Assembly: GCA_001767605.1 (NCBI GenBank)
Contig: MELM01000045.1
Coordinates: 28,825-61,787 of the forward strand
DNA: 32,963 bases
Direction: 5' to 3'
Source: Candidatus Solincola sediminis
Lineage (GTDB): Bacteria > Actinomycetota > Geothermincolia > Geothermincolales > RBG-13-55-18
Position numbers and translations under genes: made by a program. This document shows positions 26,393 to 32,963 of this stretch, piece after piece. The notes beneath the pieces were generated by a model. It searched no databases. It saw only the letters and a list, made by a program, of their open reading frames with translations, and was not told the DNA's origin. Each line of letters opens with the position of its first letter. The first letter of the stretch is position 1.

Positions 26393-27133
26393 ATGAAAGA
26401 CGAGTCCAAAATGCAGAAACCTTCTGGCAACCTGCCAGGTCATATCGCAATTATCATGGATGGAAACGGCCGCTGGGCGACCGGCCGCAATCTTCCCCGG
26501 GTGGCCGGACACAAGGCCGGAGAAGAAGCCATAACCGATATCATCAGGGTAGCCTCCGAATGGGAGCTCGGCGCGCTCAGTCTCTTCGCCTTCTCGACCG
26601 AGAACTGGGACCGGCCCGATAACGAAGTCCAGTTCCTCATGAGTTTCAACCGCAACCTCTTAAACAACCGCATCGACGAATTCCACGAACGTAACATTCG
26701 CATCAAACACCTGGGAAGAAGGGATCCTATCCCCGATTCCACCCTGGAGGCAATCGACAATGCCATGGAGAAGACCATGAATAATACCGGGACGACCGTG
26801 TGCATAGCCTTCAATTACGGCGGCAGGGCCGAGATCGTCGATGCGGCAAGGAAACTCTATGCGGATGTCTCGGCCGACAAGGTCAAGCTGGAGGACATGG
26901 ACGAGGTGAAGTTCCGTAACTACCTCTACATTCCCGATGTCCCGGATCCCGATCTCCTGATCCGAACCGCCGGCGAGATGCGCATCAGCAACTTCATGAT
27001 ATGGGAACTCGCCTATAGCGAGATCTATATGACCGAAGTCCTTTGGCCCGATTTCCGCCGAGAGCACCTGGCCAGGGCGATCGAGGAATATCAATCGAGG
27101 GAAAGGCGCTTCGGGAGCATTCGAGAGGAGTAG
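26393..27133 (+). CDS. uppS: Polyprenyl (undecaprenyl) diphosphate synthase
   Basis: HIAIIMDGNGRWA, FSTENWDRP, NYGGR, DLLIRTAGEMRISNF, RRFG. ATG at 26393 preferred (6 nt after TATACT). Confidence 0.95.
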   Translation: MKDESKMQKPSGNLPGHIAIIMDGNGRWATGRNLPRVAGHKAGEEAITDIIRVASEWELGALSLFAFSTENWDRPDNEVQFLMSFNRNLLNNRIDEFHERNIRIKHLGRRDPIPDSTLEAIDNAMEKTMNNTGTTVCIAFNYGGRAEIVDAARKLYADVSADKVKLEDMDEVKFRNYLYIPDVPDPDLLIRTAGEMRISNFMIWELAYSEIYMTEVLWPDFRREHLARAIEEYQSRERRFGSIREE

Positions 27134-27139
27134 GGGCGG

Positions 27140-27904
27140 GTGGCCGCCACCTATAAGGAAAAAGCGATCGTCCTGCGCGCTTACGATCTCGGCGAAGCCG
27201 ACCGCATCGTAACCCTTTTTACCGAAGGCCGCGGCCCCGTGCGAGCGGTGGCTAAAGGAATCAAGCGAACCGGGAGCAAATTCGGAGCCCGCCTGGAACC
27301 CTTCACCCTATTGGATGTGATCCTCCATGAAGGCAGGAATCTCGACACTATCGTGCAGACAGAGATAATCAACGCCCACGCCCCGATCCGAGCAGACTAC
27401 GGCAAGTACCTCTTCGGGGAAGCCATGCTCGAGATGATCGAGAAATCCCTGCGGGAGAATCAGACGATTCCGCGTCTCTTCCCCGCCTTGTGCGTAACAT
27501 TGGACGTACTCGAGGGTGAGGTCGCCGACCCGTCCCTCCTCCTGGCCGCTTTCGATTTGAAGGTCTGCGCCCTTATCGGTTACCATCCCCACCTCGCGCA
27601 ATGCCTGAATTGCGGCCGGGAAACTGCCGGCGAGAAGGTGTGGCTGAATTTGATCGGAGGCGGAGTCGTTTGCGTAAATTGCCGTGCGGGTTTGGACGAC
27701 CTGATTCCCCTTGCGCCGGCGGCACTCGTTCTCATGAACCAATTAATGGCGCTCGACATGGCTGCGATATCATCATCACGCGTGAGTCCGGCTCTCGCCG
27801 TCGAAATACTATCCATAGCCTTCCGCTTCTCCGAAGCGTTTCTGGAGCGCCCGCTTCGCTCGCGCGCCGTCGTTTTGAATTATCTTGAAAAAGGGGCTTT
27901 GTGA
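27140..27904 (+). CDS. recO: DNA repair protein RecO
   Basis: AIVLRAYDLGEADRIVTLFT, AVAKG, LEPF, CxxC...CxxC zinc finger. Confidence 0.95.
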   Translation: MAATYKEKAIVLRAYDLGEADRIVTLFTEGRGPVRAVAKGIKRTGSKFGARLEPFTLLDVILHEGRNLDTIVQTEIINAHAPIRADYGKYLFGEAMLEMIEKSLRENQTIPRLFPALCVTLDVLEGEVADPSLLLAAFDLKVCALIGYHPHLAQCLNCGRETAGEKVWLNLIGGGVVCVNCRAGLDDLIPLAPAALVLMNQLMALDMAAISSSRVSPALAVEILSIAFRFSEAFLERPLRSRAVVLNYLEKGAL

Positions 27905-28356
27905 AAATCGCTACCGCCACCAGGCAGGATATGGAAGAGATACTTACGCTACAACGGCTCGCCTACCAGGGGGAAGGAGAACGCTACGGGGATTTCACCC
28001 TGCCTCCCCTGCTGCAAACGCTGAACGAGATAATGGCCGACTTCGACACGCAGCTCTTTCTGAAAGCCGTAATCGACAGTGAGATCGTCGGTTCGGTACG
28101 AGCATATGAAAAATACGGCACCTGCTATGTCGGGCGCCTCATAGTGCATCCCGATTTTCAAAACCGGGGAATAGGCACGCACCTTATGGATGAGATAGAA
28201 AGCCGCTTTGCGTACGTTGAGAGATACGAATTGTTCACGGGGCAGGCTAGCGAAATGCCGCTTCATATCTACGAAAAGAGGGATTATAAACCGTTTCGAA
28301 TAAAGAAGCTACATGAAGGCCTGACGCTGGTTTATTTGGAGAAGCGGGTTTTGTGA
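27901..28356 (+). CDS. GNAT-family acetyltransferase
   Basis: LIVHPDFQNRGIG motif A; GTGA overlap with recO. Confidence 0.88.
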   Translation: MKIATATRQDMEEILTLQRLAYQGEGERYGDFTLPPLLQTLNEIMADFDTQLFLKAVIDSEIVGSVRAYEKYGTCYVGRLIVHPDFQNRGIGTHLMDEIESRFAYVERYELFTGQASEMPLHIYEKRDYKPFRIKKLHEGLTLVYLEKRVL

Positions 28357-28374
28357 AAATCTTTTGCGTTTCTA

Positions 28375-28403
28375 TAGACACGGCCTGAAATAAGTGATAT
28401 TCT
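28375..28403 (+). promoter_or_regulatory. Primary-sigma promoter driving the candidate sRNA
   Basis: TAGACA, 17 bp, TATTCT with TGn extension. Confidence 0.6.
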
Positions 28404-28410
28404 AAGAGTT

Positions 28411-28526
28411 GGCCCCAAGGAGCTGGAAGAAAGTCCAGACGGTGGATCCGGAGAGAGTAGCTGAAAGGCGAGATTCGAAGGGTAAACCGAAAAGGCTCTC
28501 CAAAGGTTAATTGGGGCTTCTTCTTT
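28411..28526 (+). ncRNA. Candidate structured small RNA, family not recognised
   Basis: Closing stem GGCCCCAA/TTGGGGCT, internal stems CTGGA/TCCAG and GGAGAG/CTCTCC, GAAA-containing loops, pyrimidine-rich tail, promoter at +1 distance. Confidence 0.55.
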
Positions 28527-28529
28527 GCC

Positions 28530-29258
28530 TTATTTCCAGTTGTATAACCCCAGGTACTCTTGCAATATCTCGATGGCCGAGCTTGTGCCTATGCGGCTAG
28601 CTCCCGCCTTAACCATGGCTACTACATCGGCGAGCCTGCGAATGCCCCCCGACGCCTTGACGCCGAAACCCGGTCCGACCGCTTCCCGCAGCAAAGCAAT
28701 GTCCTCAACGGAAGCGCCGCGGGGACCGAATCCCGTGGAGGTCTTGACCGCGTCGGCGCCTGCCTCTATCGCCAATCCGGCAGCCCGCCGCATCTGCTCA
28801 TCGGTCAAGTATCCGGTCTCGAGGATTACCTTCACAACTACGTGACCCTCGCCTCTTCCGGCGTCGAAGCGCCGCGCCATGGCTACGACTGCGGCAATAT
28901 CCTCGCTTACTCGATCGAAGCGTCGGGAACGAAGGGCGGAAATATTCATTACCATATCGAGTTCCCTCGCTCCGTACTGCAGGGCGAGGACCGCCTCGTT
29001 CTTCTTGGCGTCGGTCGAAACGAATCCGAAGGGGAATCCGATCGGCGCTCCCGGGATTACTCCACTTGTGGCGAGTTCGAGGCGGGCCATCGCCACATAA
29101 TAAAGGGGGACGAAGGCGCACCGGAACTTGGCATCGGCCACCTCGCGAAAGAATTCGAGATAATCATTCTCACTCGCTTCCGGTTTCAGCATCGTGGAGT
29201 CGATTATGCGGGTGAAATGGCCGGGAGTGGGAAAAACTTCCAGAGCGGCATCCGTCAT
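28530..29258 (-). CDS. deoC: Deoxyribose-phosphate aldolase
   Basis: IGFPFG, ELDMVMN, KVILETGYL, VKTSTGF, VKASGGIR, RIGTSS. Start MTDAAL with GGAGG RBS. Confidence 0.95.
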   Translation of the reverse strand: MTDAALEVFPTPGHFTRIIDSTMLKPEASENDYLEFFREVADAKFRCAFVPLYYVAMARLELATSGVIPGAPIGFPFGFVSTDAKKNEAVLALQYGARELDMVMNISALRSRRFDRVSEDIAAVVAMARRFDAGRGEGHVVVKVILETGYLTDEQMRRAAGLAIEAGADAVKTSTGFGPRGASVEDIALLREAVGPGFGVKASGGIRRLADVVAMVKAGASRIGTSSAIEILQEYLGLYNWK

Positions 29259-29275
29259 GTCCGGGCCTCCGTTAT

Positions 29276-30625
29276 CTATAGAAGAGCGATTCCGATCAGG
29301 AAATATACGGCTAGTCCTAACACATCCATGAGCGTGGTCAGGAAGGGTTCCGAGGCCATTGCCGGATCTCGACCTGACACCTTCAACAGTAGAGGAAGCA
29401 GGGATCCGACCAGCGCCGAAAACATAGTTGCGATCACGAGAGCCAGTCCCACGACCCAACCGAGCCGGGCATCACCTTTCATTGACCAGGCGAAGAGCGA
29501 TATGACGACGCCGCTCAGTACCCCTATGCCCAATCCTATCAATGCCTCCCCGGCGATGCTGCGCCGAAAACGCCTTCTCTTGCCCGGATCGGTGGTGATT
29601 TCCACCGTCATGCGAGTGGCGCTTTGCAGAGACACCGTGGCACCTATCGTGAGGATGACAGGTATAAAAAAGACCAGGGCGATATTATCTCGTATCCTAC
29701 CTGAAAAAGCGCGCAGAATGCCTCCGGCTACCAGCAGCTCGATGGTGAGCGCAATGAGCACCCAGGGAAGGCGTCCCAGCAAGACACCGATAAAGGGATG
29801 CCTTTCTTTTTGCTCCTCGATTTCGAAAGTCCCCGCCAGGCCGTAGATATCCTCCTTGGCTTCCTCCTCGAGGACATCCATCACATCATCAACCGTGACA
29901 ATCCCGAGCAGGCGATCTTCGCCGTCTACTACCGGAATGGCCAGAAGATCGTAACGATCGATTAGGGCCGCCACCCTCTCCTGGTCCTCTTCGGGGGCGA
30001 CCGTCATAAGCTGCCCGTGCATTATCTCTTTAACCGGCCGATTGAGATCGGCCACGATCAATTCCCTGAGCGAGCTCACACCGGTCAACCGGCTCGCCTC
30101 GTCCTGGAAATATACGTAATAGATCATCTCGACACTCTCGGGGGCCTCCCTCAACCTCTCGAGCACTTGCCCTACCCGCATCTCCTGGGAAAGGCGCATG
30201 GCATCGGGCGTCATCAAACCTCCGGCGGTGTCCTCTCCATGCGCCATCAGTCGCCGCAGTTGACCAGCCTTGAATGGGCTCATGGAAGCAAGAATGCCAT
30301 CGGACGTTTTATCCGGGAGATCGGCAAGGAGGTCTACGGCATCATCGGGAGGCATCTCGGAGATAATTCTGGTTGCGAGGCTGCGTGCCAGGCCTTGCAT
30401 TACCTCGACTTGGCCCCCCTCGGACATCTCCGGAAGAGCGTCCGCAGACTCCTCGACGTCCCAAACCTTGAAAATACGCAGACGGTCGTCATAAGGAAGC
30501 GTTTCGAGGACCTCTGCCGCATCTGCCGGCTGAAGGCCATCAAGCAGGGCGAGCGATGCGCTCATCTTGCCCTCCTCGAGCAAACCCTTCAGGCTTTCGC
30601 CCAGCAGCCTCGTTCTCTCTTCCAA
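29276..30625 (-). CDS. mgtE: MgtE-family magnesium transporter
   Basis: MgtE_N, TAGGLMT, CBS pair, GIVTVDD, RLPW, DPA...PFLTTLMD. Confidence 0.88.
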   Translation of the reverse strand: MEERTRLLGESLKGLLEEGKMSASLALLDGLQPADAAEVLETLPYDDRLRIFKVWDVEESADALPEMSEGGQVEVMQGLARSLATRIISEMPPDDAVDLLADLPDKTSDGILASMSPFKAGQLRRLMAHGEDTAGGLMTPDAMRLSQEMRVGQVLERLREAPESVEMIYYVYFQDEASRLTGVSSLRELIVADLNRPVKEIMHGQLMTVAPEEDQERVAALIDRYDLLAIPVVDGEDRLLGIVTVDDVMDVLEEEAKEDIYGLAGTFEIEEQKERHPFIGVLLGRLPWVLIALTIELLVAGGILRAFSGRIRDNIALVFFIPVILTIGATVSLQSATRMTVEITTDPGKRRRFRRSIAGEALIGLGIGVLSGVVISLFAWSMKGDARLGWVVGLALVIATMFSALVGSLLPLLLKVSGRDPAMASEPFLTTLMDVLGLAVYFLIGIALL

Positions 30626-30628
30626 GAT

Positions 30629-31525
30629 CTAGTAACCCAATCTCTTTAACATCTCAGGCCGCTTGGACCAGTCCTTTTCCACTCTAACCTGCAGTCTGAG
30701 GAAAACCTGATCGCCGAGAAGCGGCTCGATCTCCTGCCTGGCCCTGCTGCCTATCTCTTTGAGCATCTTTCCGCCTTTGCCGATAATGATCCCCTTCTGC
30801 GAATCCCTCTCTACATATATGCTGGCCTCGATATCCACCAGGTCCTTGTCCTCTCTCTTCTCCATGTCGTCAACCACCACCGCAACGCTGTGAGGCACTT
30901 CCTCCCGGGTGAGCTGCAGGACCTTTTCGCGGATTAATTCACCAATTATGAAAGACTCGGGCTGCTCCATTACCATATCTTCGGGATAATACCTGGGTCC
31001 ATGTGGCAAAAGCTCTACGATTCTTTCGATCAGCGCATGTACGTTCTCCGATGTCTTGGCCGATATCTCTATCACATCACTGAATTCCCCCAGGTTTTGC
31101 ACGACCTTCTTCTCCGCTTCTACTTGGTCCCCGGTCAGACGATCTATCTTGTTGAGCACCGCGATAGCCGGTGTTTCCAGTTCAGCCAGCTCCTTGGCTA
31201 TGAAAAGGTCACCCTTTCCCACCGTCTTCGTGCCGTCCAGGATGAAGACAGTGACATCGACTTCATCGAGCGTCTCGCGTACCGCTTTGTTCAGCCGCTC
31301 TCCCAAAGCGTTCTTCGCTTTGTGAAAACCGGGCGTGTCCACGAAAATCATCTGGGCATCATCCCTCGTAAGGATGGCGCGTATCTTATTGCGTGTCGTC
31401 TGCGGTTTTTCGGAAATGATTGCCAACTTGCGATGTAGCAGGTTGTTGAGAAGAGTGGATTTACCAACATTGGGCCGGCCGATTATGCCGACAAAACCCG
31501 ATTTATAATCGTCCCCGGTCTCCAA
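30629..31525 (-). CDS. era: GTPase Era
   Basis: GRPNVGKS, PQTTR, DTPG, NKID, ISA, KH domain GIIIGKGG. TTG start after a GAGGAGG RBS. Confidence 0.96.
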   Translation of the reverse strand: METGDDYKSGFVGIIGRPNVGKSTLLNNLLHRKLAIISEKPQTTRNKIRAILTRDDAQMIFVDTPGFHKAKNALGERLNKAVRETLDEVDVTVFILDGTKTVGKGDLFIAKELAELETPAIAVLNKIDRLTGDQVEAEKKVVQNLGEFSDVIEISAKTSENVHALIERIVELLPHGPRYYPEDMVMEQPESFIIGELIREKVLQLTREEVPHSVAVVVDDMEKREDKDLVDIEASIYVERDSQKGIIIGKGGKMLKEIGSRARQEIEPLLGDQVFLRLQVRVEKDWSKRPEMLKRLGY

Positions 31526-31546
31526 GCAGACCTCCTCTTCAGTAAG

Positions 31547-31579
31547 CCTACACAAAGGTGCCTGACACCTTTGTGTAGG
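31547..31579. repeat. 33-bp palindromic REP-like repeat, copy 4 (loop CCTGA)
   Basis: Identical to copy 3; lies between rodA and era. Confidence 0.9.
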
Positions 31580-31601
31580 TGATGCTTTTGTAGATTTTAC
31601 G

Positions 31602-32777
31602 TTATATCTGGGAAAAGCGTCGCATGTAAATGTTGGTCAGAAGACCTATTGCGGCCAGATTTACGATAAGGCTCGACCCCCCGTAGCTTATAAAGGGTAA
31701 GGGGATGCCGGTTATCGGCATGATTCCTATGGTCATGCCCACATTCACGACCAACTGGAAGACGAACATGATCACGATCCCAAAAGCGATCATGCTGCCA
31801 TAGAAATCGCGGGCGCTGTTGGCGATGCGAACTCCCCTCCATAACAGGAGACAGAAAGCCCCTATCAATATCAGAGCTCCGAGCAGACCCATCTCCTCCC
31901 CCAGGACGGCGAAAACGAAATCGGTGTGGTGGGCCGGTATGAAGTTGAGGTTGGTCTGGGTCCCGTGCATCAATCCCTTGCCTACAAATTGACCTGAGCC
32001 GATGGCTATCTTCGACTGCATGAGCTGGTAACCGACGCCCTGGATGCTCGAGCTTTGCTTCAGGAAAGCGGTGAAGCGGTCGACCTGATAAGGCTGGAAT
32101 ATGTGAAATATGAAGCCTATGGCGAAGCTGGCCGCTCCCATCCCCACGAAGCTAACCCAGTACCTCATCCGGCAGCCGACCAGGAAGAGCATGCCCAGGA
32201 GGATGGCGGAGAGGACAAGGGTAGTTCCCAGATCAGGTTGCAGGAAAACGAGAAACAGATAGGGCCCGGCCCAGACGACGGGCAGGATGAAGCTACGGAA
32301 GGAATCGGGTTCGGCCTTGTTATCCGAAAAGAAGTTGGCGAGAACCAGAATCAGCACCAGCTTACAGTACTCCGATGGCTGGAAATTTATGGGACCGAGG
32401 GATATCCATCGCTGCGAACCCATAGCCGCTTCAGTCACGAAAACGACAAGAAGTGCGAAGAGGAATCCGCCGTAGATGAAGGGGGTCGCCACCTTTAGCC
32501 TGCGGTAATCGAAACTCAGGAGCACACCCATGAGTATCAGTCCGATGAACAGGCTGATTATCTGGCGCAGGACGAAATAGGTGGGATTTCCCGGGTGGTC
32601 TCCGTGGGTGGCACTGTATTGGATGAGCAAGCCGAAGGCGATAAGAAAGATGGTTATCGCCAGAAGTGTCAGATCGATATGGCGGACCGGGAGGCCGCTC
32701 AGGCGGCGGGCCACCTCGTCGGTTTGCTTGCGCTCGGTTACCTTGGGAGCGAGAACCCTTCCCAACCTTTCCGGCAT
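31602..32777 (-). CDS. rodA: Rod shape-determining SEDS protein
   Basis: FQPSE, QPDLGT, IAIGSG, HTDF, TGIPLPFISYGGSS; downstream of a class B PBP. Confidence 0.93.
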   Translation of the reverse strand: MPERLGRVLAPKVTERKQTDEVARRLSGLPVRHIDLTLLAITIFLIAFGLLIQYSATHGDHPGNPTYFVLRQIISLFIGLILMGVLLSFDYRRLKVATPFIYGGFLFALLVVFVTEAAMGSQRWISLGPINFQPSEYCKLVLILVLANFFSDNKAEPDSFRSFILPVVWAGPYLFLVFLQPDLGTTLVLSAILLGMLFLVGCRMRYWVSFVGMGAASFAIGFIFHIFQPYQVDRFTAFLKQSSSIQGVGYQLMQSKIAIGSGQFVGKGLMHGTQTNLNFIPAHHTDFVFAVLGEEMGLLGALILIGAFCLLLWRGVRIANSARDFYGSMIAFGIVIMFVFQLVVNVGMTIGIMPITGIPLPFISYGGSSLIVNLAAIGLLTNIYMRRFSQI

Positions 32778-32786
32778 GAGCTTCTC

Positions 32787-32963
32787 CTACTCGGTCGGTG
32801 TTACGACGCCCGGTTGCGACGGTATGCCGAACAGTTGCTCGAGAATGCGACGGGCGACGGGCGCGGCGGCCATACCGCCATGCCCGCCCTCCTCGATCAT
32901 TACCACCACGACGTATTTCGGATCATTGGCGGGCGCGTAACAGACGAACCAGGCGCATGGCTG
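32787..32963 (-). CDS. mrdA: C-terminus of class B penicillin-binding protein (PBP2), partial
   Basis: Manual translation QPCAWFVCYAPANDPKYVVVVMIEEGGHGGMAAAPVARRILEQLFG...; upstream of rodA. Confidence 0.85.
   Translation of the reverse strand, partial: QPCAWFVCYAPANDPKYVVVVMIEEGGHGGMAAAPVARRILEQLFGIPSQPGVVTPTE

Noticed and set aside
28411-28526. RNase P RNA, glycine riboswitch, c-di-GMP riboswitch, tRNA or SRP RNA
   Set aside because: GAAAGTCC and GGAGAG...CGAAGG are only partial matches; too short for RNase P; no downstream sense gene; no T-loop or SRP motif.
26393-32963. Repeat-mediated rearrangement of rodA-era and uppS-recO
   Set aside because: Gene order differs from model actinobacteria, but it cannot be assessed without related genomes.

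Overview
A 33 kb GC-rich bacterial window, probably from a deep-branching Actinomycetota. This is inferred from the repeated WYxAEGYT surface-protein modules, CeoB/CeoC-like TrkA pairs and leaderless-type promoters. Positions ~5.3-22 kb form a dense potassium-transport island. On the minus strand, a ~12 kb, 15-gene tightly coupled unit runs: small peptide, kdpF, kdpA, kdpB, kdpC, cytidylate-kinase-like protein, kinase-less KdpD (KdpD-N plus USP), membrane-anchored USP, four TrkA/RCK genes, an unannotated 52-aa membrane protein, trkH, and an OB-fold membrane protein. Divergent from it is a P-type ATPase with Na+/K+-ATPase (P2C) signature motifs, followed by another TrkA pair. No KdpE or KdpD histidine kinase domain is present in the window. 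The left flank holds a partial surface protein, an orphan PaaK-like C-terminal domain and a GAF-GAF-PAS-PP2C phosphatase. The right flank holds an ECF sigma/anti-sigma/ACP/dehydratase-like pair cluster and housekeeping genes (uppS, recO, GNAT, deoC, mgtE, era, rodA, partial pbp2). Non-coding features are four identical 33-bp palindromes plus one degenerate copy, a 163-bp MITE-like element with a TTA duplication, and a candidate ~110-nt structured sRNA with its own promoter. All calls come from reading motifs; no database searches were run.
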